Shown here: positions 30,917-41,132 of the stretch, piece by piece
Position numbering within the stretch: position 1 is the first letter of the stretch
How the letters are laid out: each line of letters begins with the position of its first letter
Assembly (NCBI GenBank): GCA_965197475.1
Contig: CBDANF010000003.1
Location: 2,144,001-2,208,000, forward strand
Source of the DNA: Candidatus Poribacteria bacterium
Lineage (GTDB): Bacteria; Poribacteria; WGA-4E; WGA-3G
Direction: 5' to 3'
DNA: 64,000 bases
Notes under the pieces: generated by a model
The model's input: the letters and a program-made list of their open reading frames with translations, nothing else
Told to the model about the DNA's origin: nothing
Database searches by the model: none
Program-made: the position numbers and the translations under genes

Positions 30917-31969
30917 ATGCCTCGGACCGGTAGAGCCGTAGTCGCTTACGGCAAAGATTTTGAGATACGCGAATACCCGGTGCCCGAACCTGATCCCAAC
31001 ACGCTCCTGCTTCGTCAAGAGTTAGCGGGTATTTGCGGCACCGACCTCCATAACTGGCAGAACGGTTTCAAAACAGAGATTCTATTGGGACATGAAAATG
31101 TCGGTATTGTTGAGGCTATTGGTGAAGACGTGAAAACCGACTATGTAGGTAAACCTATTAAAGAGGGTGACAGGGTTATCTTCGCACCGGGGACTGACTA
31201 CGGCGGTTATGGCTTTCAATGGAATCCGGATGAGGCACCCCATTTTCGCGGCGGGTTTGCTGATTATATGTACCTCACCTATCCGAATACCTGTTTCATT
31301 AAAACAGATGCTTCACCAGAGGTCGCTGTTCTTACAGAGCCTTTTACTGTCGGTGTTCACGCTGTCATGCGGGGAGAGATAAAACTCGGTGATACCGTTG
31401 TTGTGCAAGGTTCAGGTGCAATCGGCTTGGTAACACTTGCCTGTGCAAAATTGAGCGGTGCCGGAAAAATAATTATGGTCGGCGGTCCCGCCGGACGATT
31501 GGAACTGGCAAAAAGGTTCGGGGCAGATGTTACAATTGATATTGAAGAAGTTACCACTGTTGAGGAGCGAACAGAACTCGTGAAAGCGGAAACCCCACGT
31601 AATGAGGGAGCTGACGTTGTCTTTGAATGTGCTGGCTTCCTTCCTGCAACACCAGAAGGATTAGGGTATACAAGACGTAGCGGTACCTTTGTTGAAGTCG
31701 GTCACTTTGTAGATATGGGTTCAATTGACTTCAACATCAACCAATTACTGATGCGAAAGAATCTTCGCCTTGAAGCGATCTGGGGAAGCACTTACGAGCA
31801 CTTCGTTCGTGGACTACCACTCCTTGAAAAAAGCGAATTGCCCTTCGCTGACATGATTAGCCACCAGCTCCCCCTATCACAAGTCGAAGATGGATTTAAG
31901 GCACTTGATGGCGGATACCGTATCAACGGCGAAACAGCGATCAAAATTGCTGTTCGCGCTGCCGAATAA
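30917..31969 (+). CDS. Zn-dependent MDR dehydrogenase
   Basis: GICGTDLH, GHE, GSGAIG; lacks the structural-Zn four-Cys loop. Confidence 0.9.
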   Translation: MPRTGRAVVAYGKDFEIREYPVPEPDPNTLLLRQELAGICGTDLHNWQNGFKTEILLGHENVGIVEAIGEDVKTDYVGKPIKEGDRVIFAPGTDYGGYGFQWNPDEAPHFRGGFADYMYLTYPNTCFIKTDASPEVAVLTEPFTVGVHAVMRGEIKLGDTVVVQGSGAIGLVTLACAKLSGAGKIIMVGGPAGRLELAKRFGADVTIDIEEVTTVEERTELVKAETPRNEGADVVFECAGFLPATPEGLGYTRRSGTFVEVGHFVDMGSIDFNINQLLMRKNLRLEAIWGSTYEHFVRGLPLLEKSELPFADMISHQLPLSQVEDGFKALDGGYRINGETAIKIAVRAAE

Positions 31970-31993
31970 ATAGAACAAATACATTAACAGGAG

Positions 31994-33022
31994 ATGCAAC
32001 TTATGTCAAAAACCTATCGCGTTGGCTTTGCTTCGTTAGTACATGACCATGTCTGGGGTGAACTGAACCGTTGGAAAGCACACCCAAACGTTGAAATCGT
32101 CGCGGCAGGCGATGTCAACGCGGAATTACGCGACCAATTCAAATCAGAAACTGGTGTTGAAACCGTTTATAATTCTTGGCAAGAATTGCTGGAAAAAGAG
32201 GAATTAGACATCATTCAAGCATGTGCAGAAAATAACGCGGGACCAGAAATAGTTGAAGCAGCAGCGGCGAAAGGTATTCACGTTGTTTCTGAAAAACCGA
32301 TGGCAGCACGACTATCACAGGCTGATCAGATGCTTAATGCTGCACAAAACGCTGGCATCTACCTTATGATCAATTGGCCTACTGCGTGGAGTCCTGCGCT
32401 GAATATCGCAATGGAACTTATCAAAGATGGCGCAATCGGTGATGTTTTCTATTTCAAATGGCGTTCAGCACATAATGGTCCAAAAGAAATCGGGTGTTCC
32501 CGCTATTTCTACGAGTGGCTATACGATGAAGAGAAAAACGGCGCAGGTGCTTTGATGGATTACTGCTGTTATTGCGCCGATATGTGCGCTTATCTACTCG
32601 GTTTACCTGAACAGGTAACAGCCTTCCGTGGCACGTTTGTCAAAAACTATCCACTTCCTGACGATAACGCCGTTATCCTGATGAAATACGGCAACGCATT
32701 CGGTATCACCGAGGCATCGTGGACACAGAAAACAGGCTATGTCACACCAAATCCTGTAGTCTACGGCACCGAAGGAGCCTTAACGGTAACTGGTAATCAA
32801 GTAAATTTGAGTCCCGCTGGCGGCGATGCCCAAGTCATAGACCCTGACCCACTTCCAGCAGGCAAGCGCAATGCGGCAGAATACTTCATCCACTGCTTGG
32901 AAACAGGAGAACCGATAGAAGGTTTGTGTTGTCCCAAAATCAGTCGAGATGCGCAAGAAATCTTGGAGGCAGGTCTCGTTTCAGCAGATAGCGATCAGGT
33001 TGTCAACTTGCCGATGACGTAA
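31994..33022 (+). CDS. Gfo/Idh/MocA oxidoreductase
   Basis: HVVSEKPMA, GAGALMDY. Confidence 0.9.
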   Translation: MQLMSKTYRVGFASLVHDHVWGELNRWKAHPNVEIVAAGDVNAELRDQFKSETGVETVYNSWQELLEKEELDIIQACAENNAGPEIVEAAAAKGIHVVSEKPMAARLSQADQMLNAAQNAGIYLMINWPTAWSPALNIAMELIKDGAIGDVFYFKWRSAHNGPKEIGCSRYFYEWLYDEEKNGAGALMDYCCYCADMCAYLLGLPEQVTAFRGTFVKNYPLPDDNAVILMKYGNAFGITEASWTQKTGYVTPNPVVYGTEGALTVTGNQVNLSPAGGDAQVIDPDPLPAGKRNAAEYFIHCLETGEPIEGLCCPKISRDAQEILEAGLVSADSDQVVNLPMT

Positions 33023-33099
33023 GACTTCATAAACAGACGAATAATTTATATAATTTCTCTGGCTCTTTTCACAAACTAATTCAAACAAGGAGAACCTAA

Positions 33100-33858
33100 T
33101 TGAGCGAAAGAATACCGATAGCATTACAGTTATATTCCGTTAGAGGGGATTGTGCGCAAGACCTATCCCTCACACTTCAAGCAGTCGCACAGATGGGATA
33201 TGAAGGCGTTGAATTTGCTGGCTACCATGACCGAACTGCCGAAGAATTGCGGGGAATGTGTGATGACCTTGAATTAAAAGTTGTTGGAACACATACAGGT
33301 TTGAACACACTGCTCGGCGACGAGCTCGCTACGACAGTGGAATTCAATAAAATCCTTGGCAACCCCTATCTGATTGTTCCAGGATTGCCAGCAGAGTACA
33401 GTAATTCGCGGGAGGCGTGGCTGAGCACAGCAAAACTTTTCAATGAGATTGCAGAAAAAATCTCTGACCAAGGCATGTTCACCGGCTATCACAACCACAC
33501 TGGTGAATTTATGCCTATAGATGGAGAAGTTCCATGGGATACGTTTGGCAGTAACACTCGTGATGATGTCGTGCTGCAACTTGACACGGGACACGTACTC
33601 CGCGCAGGTGCCGACAATGTCTCATTTATCGAACGTTACCCAGGCAGATCGAAACTGGTACACATCAAAGAATACTCTGCCACGAACGACAAAGCAATCA
33701 TTGGAGAAGGTGATATACCTTGGGATGATGTGTTTCATGCCTGCGAAACCGTCGGCGGCACCGAGTGGTACATCGTTGAGCAAGAAAGTTATGCGTATCC
33801 ACCGCTTGAATGTGTCGAAAAATGCCTTGAAAATCTAAGAAAGATGGGGAAAATTTAG
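33100..33858 (+). CDS. Sugar-phosphate isomerase/epimerase (xylose-isomerase-like TIM barrel)
   Basis: LQLYSVR, YEGVEFAG, YHNH, QLDTG, VHIK, IVEQE; TTG start with RBS. Confidence 0.9.
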   Translation: MSERIPIALQLYSVRGDCAQDLSLTLQAVAQMGYEGVEFAGYHDRTAEELRGMCDDLELKVVGTHTGLNTLLGDELATTVEFNKILGNPYLIVPGLPAEYSNSREAWLSTAKLFNEIAEKISDQGMFTGYHNHTGEFMPIDGEVPWDTFGSNTRDDVVLQLDTGHVLRAGADNVSFIERYPGRSKLVHIKEYSATNDKAIIGEGDIPWDDVFHACETVGGTEWYIVEQESYAYPPLECVEKCLENLRKMGKI

Positions 33859-33860
33859 GT

Positions 33861-34601
33861 TTGCGTGAACCCGATGCATCGCAACTGAAAGGTGGTGCCA
33901 ACGCCATTGAGACAGACCTCTTGCTCTGGTGGGAAGATTTCTACCTACCTGTCTTTGAGTACATCCTCCTCAAAATGGGGGCGTTGGAAGGAAAAAAGAT
34001 ACTTGAGTTAGGCACAGGCACAGGCGGCACTGCAACGTTGCTCGCAAAACAGGGAGCAACCGTTGTCGGAATTGACTTGTTGCTCTTTCGGATCGTTGAA
34101 GCAAAAGAGAGAGCAGCACTACACAAAGTCGCTGATGCAGTTGATTTTGCACTAATGGATGCCACCCAACTTGCATTTCCAGACAACACCTTTGACTTTA
34201 TCATCTCGAAATCTGTGCTGGTATTTACTGATCACGAGCAAACTGCTAAAGAGTGCTATCGTGTTCTCAAACCGGGCGGCAAGGCGATTTTCATCGAAAA
34301 TATGCGAAATCACCCCGCGGTGTGGCTCTATCGCAAACTGTTTCTAAAATATTCCCGCGAGTTGCATTATTTTTCTCTCACCGATATTGAGGCAATTGGC
34401 AAAAAATTCGAGGAGATGGAACACCGTGAATTCCATCTCCTCTCTTTAGCAGCACTGTTTTGGAAAAAAGGCATCCCTATCCCAACATTCTATCAAGGGA
34501 CACTTCAGTTTCTCAAATCAATCGATAGAAATCTTTTACGAATGTTCCCAATACTTAAACGTTTTTGTTGGATCACTGTGATGATTTGCCACAAACAATA
34601 A
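33861..34601 (+). CDS. Class I SAM-dependent methyltransferase
   Basis: ILELGTGTG, FPDNTFD, RVLKPGG. Confidence 0.88.
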   Translation: MREPDASQLKGGANAIETDLLLWWEDFYLPVFEYILLKMGALEGKKILELGTGTGGTATLLAKQGATVVGIDLLLFRIVEAKERAALHKVADAVDFALMDATQLAFPDNTFDFIISKSVLVFTDHEQTAKECYRVLKPGGKAIFIENMRNHPAVWLYRKLFLKYSRELHYFSLTDIEAIGKKFEEMEHREFHLLSLAALFWKKGIPIPTFYQGTLQFLKSIDRNLLRMFPILKRFCWITVMICHKQ

Positions 34602-34613
34602 AAAACCTATCTC

Positions 34614-35340
34614 ATACTACTTCTAAGTGATTATATTGCATTAATTCGTAGGTTAGGTAGAGCTTGCGAAACACAACACTTTTCCTGCGTGGTTTGATGG
34701 ATATGGTGCTACAAAGTTGGGTTTCACTGCCGCCTTGTTGGAAAATGATACGTATAGTTTTGAGGTATGTTTGAGTATTTACCCATCTTTCTCTGTTCCG
34801 TTCTACCCAACCTACAAACTAATACCATTTCTAAGTGATTATATTGCATTAATTCGTCCGTTGGGTAGAGTTTGCGAAACACATTATAGCCATCAATTTA
34901 AGGATTTTCCGAATATGAGAAACCCTCTTTAGTCTCGTAGGGACGATGTGTTTATAGAAAACGTGGTAACCAATTTCTTGAGCCCCGTAGGGGTGGTATG
35001 TTTATAGCGATGGGTTACCAATCGGGATATGCCGCTCCTACGGAGCTCAAGAGATGTGCCTAAACGAGGCCCTATAAACATATCGTTCCTACGGGACTGA
35101 ATATAATACCAAATTAACTTGATTCAACTTGTAGGCGCGCTTTGTAAGCGCGCTGTCTGCCCAGAAAAATGAGATAAATCTCGTTAATTTGGTATAAGAC
35201 AGTTTCAATCCTCATGCATATTGAGAAGTGTTCATAAAAACAGAGTCGTTTCTTAAGTTGACACATAAGGGTAGAACGCAGCGAAACACAACAAAAGTGT
35301 GACAGAGTTGGGTTTCGCAAACTCTACCTAACCTACAGGC
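34614..35340. repeat. Composite REP/MITE cluster between convergent genes
   Basis: About 55-bp direct repeat (34621 and 34829); GTAGGTT(A/G)GGTAGA-type inverted pairs; CGTAGGG...TGTTTATAG inverted unit (34936-35098); TACCAAATTAAC MITE (35107-35194) with TAA duplication. Confidence 0.85.
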
Positions 35341-35384
35341 TACTATGACAATTTGTCAATTAGATATAATATAATAAGCATCAG

Positions 35385-36533
35385 TCAATCTCTCTGATAA
35401 ACCATTTGTCCCGCCAGAATCGTCGCTATCAACTCTATTCCACAAGTTGCATCATTCCATTCAAATAATATTAGGCTTGGTTGATTATTTTCAACGACTC
35501 TACCAATATCTTCTATACCGAGCAGCCGGGAGGGTTGTAGTGTAGCGAGTGAAACAGCTTCTTTAAGAGAGATTCCTGCAAACCGCACAATGTTTTCAAC
35601 ACCTCGCGCCAACACAATGGCAGAACCAGCGAGATACTCAGTACCAGCTAAACGGATACACCTATCCGCAGTCAATTCCACCGGTTGTCCAGCGAACTGA
35701 TAAGTCCCAGGAGGCATTCCTGCTAATGCCGTAGCATCGCTGATGAGGATACACCTATCCAGCGTTTTTGCACGCATCATTGACTTGACAACAGCAGGCG
35801 GAAGGTGATGTCCATCAACGATGAGACTTGCCCAGAGTTCATCAGCACCGAGCTGTTCCCAAATATAGTTCGGGTGTCGCCGAATCATGGCGTGTGCACC
35901 ATTGCCGAGGTGTGTAGATAGTTTCGCACCTACGCTAATTGCCGCGCGGATATCTTCCGCAGACGCGTTCGTATGCCCTAATGCCACAACGATGTCATTC
36001 GCAACTAATTTTTCTATAAACGGAATAGCACCTTTTTTCTCAGGGGCAAGTGTTACAATACGGATCATGCCTTCAGCAATGTCCTGCCACCGCTGAAACT
36101 CGTCTAAATCCGGTTCCCTGACGTGTTTTAACGGATGCGCTCCGCGCGGTCCATCTACTGCAGAAATATAGGGTCCCTCAAGATGAATGCCAAGTATTGA
36201 GTGAGCAACCATTTGGTCTGCTTTACACGCTTTTACAACTGCGCGGAGGGAATTACGGATGCTGTCAAAGGATGCTGTCACTACCGTCGGACATAAAAAA
36301 CTGGTGCCCGCACGCCAGAGTGCGCGAACCATCTTACACACATCCGCTGCCGTGACGGTGGCAACATTGAGATCATATCCCGCAAAACCGTTCACTTGGA
36401 TATCAACCAAGGCAGGTGCAATCCACGTTTTGCTGTCAATAGATTCTACCTCTTGGATTGACTGAACGCGATTGTTCGCGAGGGTAATTTCAATAGGTCT
36501 GTGATCAAAAATAGTACGTCCACTAAATTTCAT
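35385..36533 (-). CDS. nagA: N-acetylglucosamine-6-phosphate deacetylase-like amidohydrolase
   Basis: DIQVNG, GIHLEGPYIS, GAH, VTLAPE, LGHT, THLGN, DGHH, LISDA. Confidence 0.85.
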   Translation of the reverse strand: MKFSGRTIFDHRPIEITLANNRVQSIQEVESIDSKTWIAPALVDIQVNGFAGYDLNVATVTAADVCKMVRALWRAGTSFLCPTVVTASFDSIRNSLRAVVKACKADQMVAHSILGIHLEGPYISAVDGPRGAHPLKHVREPDLDEFQRWQDIAEGMIRIVTLAPEKKGAIPFIEKLVANDIVVALGHTNASAEDIRAAISVGAKLSTHLGNGAHAMIRRHPNYIWEQLGADELWASLIVDGHHLPPAVVKSMMRAKTLDRCILISDATALAGMPPGTYQFAGQPVELTADRCIRLAGTEYLAGSAIVLARGVENIVRFAGISLKEAVSLATLQPSRLLGIEDIGRVVENNQPSLILFEWNDATCGIELIATILAGQMVYQRD

Positions 36534-36739
36534 TTTTCGTTGGTAGCTTGGCAATAGGGTATCAATTGTTATTGCATTTATGAGATGATACCCAAAAAAT
36601 GGATTTGTCGCAAGAAAAAGGTTGCATTTTTAGTCAAATTCGGCTAATGTATGTTAAACCTTGGATGAATCATGAACGGTATATGGGCAACATGCAATTC
36701 TGCTCTTGCGCCTGAATATGTGAAAAAGTGGAGGCATAA

Positions 36740-37519
36740 ATGGAATACTTAACTTATGGAAAAACAGGTTTGGAAATCTCACGTCTCTGCTTCGGTGCAG
36801 GACATCTTGGTAAGACCTACGACAATGAAACCGGTGGTAAACTGATGCTGCAGGCATTTGATGAAGGAATAACTTTCTGGGATACTGCGGAGGGATATGG
36901 AACCCAACCGCACCTCGGAGAAGCAGTCCGTCAAATTAACCGAGAAGAGGTTGTCATTCAGACGAAAACCGCTGTAAAGGATCACGAAAGTGCGTCCGCC
37001 AGTATTCAGAAAGCATTGCGAGAATTGCAGACTGAGTACATAGATGTCATGTTGTTGCACGCAATCTCTTCACCTGATGATTTAGCGACGCGCGAACGTG
37101 AAGGCGCGTTTGATGCGTTCCGAGAAGCAAAAATCGCTGGCAAAATCCGAGTCATCGGATGTTCCACCCATTTCTACACGGGTCCTGTGATGGATGCTGT
37201 CATTGACCATCCTGAGATTGATGTTATCCTCACAACGGCGAACAAGGAAGGCAGAATGTTGGAAGGTGGAACGTTTGAAAAACATCTGGAATATATTCAA
37301 CGTGCTTATGGCCTCGGTAAAGGCATTAGTATTATGAAAGTTGTCGTAGCGGGAGATATTCCGGAGGCAGACATGCCCGAATGGATTGAGTGGGGTTTCA
37401 ACCTTGAAACAGCACACGCGATTAACCTTGGCATGACTGAATATAGACATATCACGCTCAATGTTGGATTGGCACGGGCAAGCGCGCGGAAACGTCTCGT
37501 CCAACGCAAGGCGGCATAA
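36740..37519 (+). CDS. Aldo/keto reductase
   Basis: GKTGLEISRLCFG, DTAEGY, IQTK, YIDVMLLH, GKIRVIG. Confidence 0.9.
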   Translation: MEYLTYGKTGLEISRLCFGAGHLGKTYDNETGGKLMLQAFDEGITFWDTAEGYGTQPHLGEAVRQINREEVVIQTKTAVKDHESASASIQKALRELQTEYIDVMLLHAISSPDDLATREREGAFDAFREAKIAGKIRVIGCSTHFYTGPVMDAVIDHPEIDVILTTANKEGRMLEGGTFEKHLEYIQRAYGLGKGISIMKVVVAGDIPEADMPEWIEWGFNLETAHAINLGMTEYRHITLNVGLARASARKRLVQRKAA

Positions 37520-37543
37520 TACACCTATCCGAGGAGACTTCGG

Positions 37544-38617
37544 ATGTCAAAAACGATGCGCGCTATAATGTGTCGTGCACCGCAAGATTATCAACTTGAA
37601 GAAGTCCCGATACCGCAAGCTGGTCCTGGCGAAGTCGTCATTAAGGTAAATGCGTGCGGTGTTTGCGCAAGCGACATCAAATGCTACACAGGCGCACCAC
37701 TTTTCTGGGGTGATGAAAACCGCAAGCCTTATGTAGAAGCACCCGTCATCGCTGGACATGAATTTATTGGAGAAGTGGTTCAACTCGGTGAAGGGGCAGG
37801 TAAAAAGTACGGGCTTCAACTCGGAGATATAGCTATCGCCGAACAGATTGTCCCGTGTTGGGATTGTCGGTACTGCCGAACTGGAAAGTATTGGCTCTGT
37901 CAAGTTCACAACATTTACGGATTTCAACAGGTTGTCAACGGCGGCATGGCGGAGTATATGAAATTCCCCGCACGCTCGCTTGTCTACAAGGTGCCATCTG
38001 ACATTCCCACAGCAAGTGCAGCGATGATTGAACCACTTGCCTGCTCAATTCATGCTGTCCAAAGAGGAAACATTGAGTTCGGCGATGTTGTCGTAGTTGC
38101 AGGCGCGGGCCCACTCGGTCTCGGCATGATAGGCGCGGCAAAGTTGAAAAACCCCGCGACACTCATTGCCATTGACCTCATCCCTAAACGGTTAGATGTA
38201 GCCAAGAAATTAGGAGCAGATATCGCCATCAATCTATCGGAAACGGATGCAGTTCAACAGGTGTTGGACTTAACTGATGGCTACGGGTGTGATGTCTACA
38301 TTGAGGCAACGGGACACCCGAAGGCAGTAGAACAAGGACTTCACATGATTCGGAAGGCAGGCACTTTTGTTGAATTCAGCGTCATGCGGGAGCCAGTAAC
38401 CGTAGATTGGACAATCATAGGCGACACGAAAGAGTTGAATATCCACGGTTCACATTTAGGTCCCTACGCGTATCCGCTCGCTATTGATTATATTCACAAA
38501 GGTGCAATTGATGTGAACCTTATAGTTACGAATCAACTACCGCTGGAAGACTATCTAACTGCATTTGAGATGGTGCAAAAAGGATCTGATTCCATTAAGG
38601 TACAGTTGGTACCGTAA
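37544..38617 (+). CDS. Zn-dependent polyol dehydrogenase (erythritol/L-threitol dehydrogenase-like)
   Basis: CGVCASDIKC..GAPLFWG, GHEF, CWDCRYC...C, VDWTIIGDTKEL. Confidence 0.8.
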   Translation: MSKTMRAIMCRAPQDYQLEEVPIPQAGPGEVVIKVNACGVCASDIKCYTGAPLFWGDENRKPYVEAPVIAGHEFIGEVVQLGEGAGKKYGLQLGDIAIAEQIVPCWDCRYCRTGKYWLCQVHNIYGFQQVVNGGMAEYMKFPARSLVYKVPSDIPTASAAMIEPLACSIHAVQRGNIEFGDVVVVAGAGPLGLGMIGAAKLKNPATLIAIDLIPKRLDVAKKLGADIAINLSETDAVQQVLDLTDGYGCDVYIEATGHPKAVEQGLHMIRKAGTFVEFSVMREPVTVDWTIIGDTKELNIHGSHLGPYAYPLAIDYIHKGAIDVNLIVTNQLPLEDYLTAFEMVQKGSDSIKVQLVP

Positions 38618-38636
38618 GCGTTCATATTACATACTG

Positions 38637-38676
38637 AAAACAACTTGCCTCATTTCTTTTTTCTATGGTATAATAA
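38637..38676 (+). promoter_or_regulatory. Promoter-like cassette, copy 1
   Basis: AAAACAACTTGCC...CTATGGTATAAT (extended -10); repeated at 39333. Confidence 0.6.
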
Positions 38677-38780
38677 ATTAAGTAGAAACAGCATAACGTA
38701 TTTTAAATTTGCGCGAATGTTTAATGTAGTCGTAAGTTGGGTTAAGAGATAAAAATCAATTTTCAAGGAACGAAGATATT

Positions 38781-38969
38781 ATGGGAGAAAAGGATAAAAA
38801 ACGAGACCCAATGCCTTCTCCTGATGCTACACCAGAGGAAATTGGCGAATTTTGGGACACACATAGCCTTGCCGATTTTTGGGACGAAACCCACGAAGTG
38901 GAATTTAAGGTTAATCTCAAATCAGGGCAGAAGCATATTCAAAATGACACAAAAAGTAAGACGTGTTAA
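38781..38969 (+). CDS. Short CopG/BrnA-type antitoxin-like protein, no toxin partner
   Basis: EEIGEFWDTHSLADFWDETHEVEF motif. Confidence 0.6.
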   Translation: MGEKDKKRDPMPSPDATPEEIGEFWDTHSLADFWDETHEVEFKVNLKSGQKHIQNDTKSKTC

Positions 38970-38974
38970 ACGGT

Positions 38975-39095
38975 CAGGGCTTACGCAAATTTGAAATACA
39001 TAACAAAATTGAGTATATTTTGCTAAAGAACGCACAATGAATTGTACTACTATAGACGCTACAACGCTTGAAAAAAGTAGATTGCGTAAGTCCTA
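38975..39095. mobile_element. MITE, CAGGACTTACGCAA family, copy 3
   Basis: CAGGGCTTACGCAA...TTGCGTAAGTCCTA; flanks ACGGT and ATGGT; interior unrelated to copies 1-2. Confidence 0.8.
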
Positions 39096-39332
39096 ATGGT
39101 AATAAAGTCGTAGTGAATCAACAACTAAATCCTTTTACCAAACTGATGTTGGTATAAACTACGGCAGCACAATTTAACATATTCGCTGAAAACCGTAAAA
39201 TTTCAGAGTCGCATTTTTCCTAAAATTCCGATAAACCCACGTACAGACTAATCGGATAGGTATTTTTCGCTAACTGTTTTTTAGCATTTTACTCTGAAAA
39301 CTCTGAAACTTGGTAAAACGACTCTACAAACT

Positions 39333-39380
39333 AAAACAACTTGCCCGATACCGCTTCTCTATGGTATAATGGTATAATAA
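39333..39380 (+). promoter_or_regulatory. Promoter-like cassette, copy 2
   Basis: AAAACAACTTGCC...CTATGGTATAATGGTATAAT. Confidence 0.6.
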
Positions 39381-39467
39381 AATCCGAACAACGCGGAAAA
39401 ACATAACGATTTTGAGATTGTTTGGTCCTTTTAGAATTAATCTGGAGTTATGTTGCCCTGAGAGAAT

Positions 39468-40352
39468 ATGCTATTAGATGTCAAGAAACCGAAAGCATCT
39501 CGAATCGCGCTAATTGAAAGCGATACCCCAGAAGCATTTCAACAACTGCTTCAAGATTACTGGACCTGGCACTATAACGATTCACTCTGTGATGCTGTCA
39601 AACTGCTATTAAGTATAGAATTAGGATGGGAAAAAGTCCCACAACTCACAACACCACCAATAGGTGAGGTCATTTCTCCTCTGGGATATGCGCTTGCACA
39701 CAAGGCAACGGAGGTGCACGATGCGGCCCTTCAAGTATTAGATGCAACCGTGTGTGTTCCTATGGGAACTGCACTTATCGGTGAAGAATGTGCATCACTG
39801 AATATTGGCGAATTTGAAATCGGTGTCTATCCCGTTTCTAACGCGCAATACCTTCGGTTCGTTCAGGAAACTGGATATGAACCTCCAAAAGACTGGACGG
39901 ACAGTCCTCAGCTAAGTTATAATGTTTACGCACTAAAAGGTGACCATCCTGTCGTTTGGGTTAGCTGCGAAGATGTAGAAGCGTATGCCAATTATGCAGG
40001 AGGTAGATTACCAACATTTCCAGAGTGGCAATACACAGCGCGCGGCACCGATGATAGACTTTTTCCGTGGGGGTATGAAATAGATAAACCACGGTGCAAC
40101 ACTGCAGAACTTGGTGCTGAAGGCACTACACCGGTCGGAGCGTTCAAAGATGGGATAAGTCCTTTCGGGTGCTACGATATGATTGGTAATGTTTGGGAAT
40201 GGACTGACACACCCTATGACGACAAAGAAGCTTTCCGTGTGGCTTGTGGTGGAGCATGGTACTACAATCACGACTATAGCACCTGTACCAGTTTCGATTT
40301 TTTTAGTACTAACTATGCAGAGTTTGTGATAGGATTTCGCATTGCTCGTTGA
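39468..40352 (+). CDS. FGE-sulfatase (SUMF1/EgtB/PvdO-like) domain protein
   Basis: HPVVWVS, RLPTFPEWQ, FPWG, YDMIGNVWEW, GFR. Confidence 0.9.
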   Translation: MLLDVKKPKASRIALIESDTPEAFQQLLQDYWTWHYNDSLCDAVKLLLSIELGWEKVPQLTTPPIGEVISPLGYALAHKATEVHDAALQVLDATVCVPMGTALIGEECASLNIGEFEIGVYPVSNAQYLRFVQETGYEPPKDWTDSPQLSYNVYALKGDHPVVWVSCEDVEAYANYAGGRLPTFPEWQYTARGTDDRLFPWGYEIDKPRCNTAELGAEGTTPVGAFKDGISPFGCYDMIGNVWEWTDTPYDDKEAFRVACGGAWYYNHDYSTCTSFDFFSTNYAEFVIGFRIAR

Positions 40353-40465
40353 TACCGCATTAACCGCGATCGAGCGAAAATCTCTATTTTTTGCCACTTT
40401 TTCAGGACAAAGGTGTTAAGTACAAACAATCGATTTTTCTGCAATTGGGCAAATGGAGTTAACGG

Positions 40466-41074
40466 ATGAAAGACATTAAAACCAATGAAGAACAGGCAAC
40501 TACTAAAGACGAGTCCGAAAGCTCTGCCCTCAAGCCTGATGATTCAGTTATTTCATCAGAAAAATTACAAAATCAGTTTATTCAGCGCGGACGTTTGGAT
40601 ATTCATCATCATCAAGCCGCTGCCAAACATTTAAAACAGGGGGCGGATGCCTTAAACGCTCGGAACTATCAAAAAGCAATTGAAGAATTTCTACTGGTAA
40701 TTCAACATAATCGTGAATCCGCTGAAGCACACTTTCACCTCGGTTTGGCTTATTTTATGTTAGAGGACTATGAAAAGGCAATAGATGCTTACAAAATGGC
40801 GATTGCTTGTGAACCGAGCGAAGTTGCAGTTTATACCAATCTTGCTGCGACCTATCGTTTGCTAAGACGTTATGATGAGGCTATTGACGTTTACGAACGC
40901 GCCATCCGGTTTATTCCGAATAACCCTGAATTACATTCGGAACTCGGAGCAGTTTACTCTCTTCGAGGTAAACGCAGTGAAGCCGTCGGTGCCTTTAAAA
41001 CGGCAATGCGTCTGAAGTTAAAGTCTTCTAAAGAGTTTCGCCCAACAGAAACAGAAAACACTGAGGAAGAATAG
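40466..41074 (+). CDS. TPR protein
   Basis: About four canonical TPRs (e.g. AEAHFHLGLAY). Confidence 0.88.
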   Translation: MKDIKTNEEQATTKDESESSALKPDDSVISSEKLQNQFIQRGRLDIHHHQAAAKHLKQGADALNARNYQKAIEEFLLVIQHNRESAEAHFHLGLAYFMLEDYEKAIDAYKMAIACEPSEVAVYTNLAATYRLLRRYDEAIDVYERAIRFIPNNPELHSELGAVYSLRGKRSEAVGAFKTAMRLKLKSSKEFRPTETENTEEE

Positions 41075-41132
41075 AACAAGCCAATCACTTGAGTTGTCAT
41101 CTTACTTTTACCTGACCAAACAGGAGAACACC

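Noticed and set aside
39100-39330. Possible additional MITE (TTTTACCAA...TTGGTAAAA)
   Set aside because: Ends are too short and interrupted to define, and no target duplication was found
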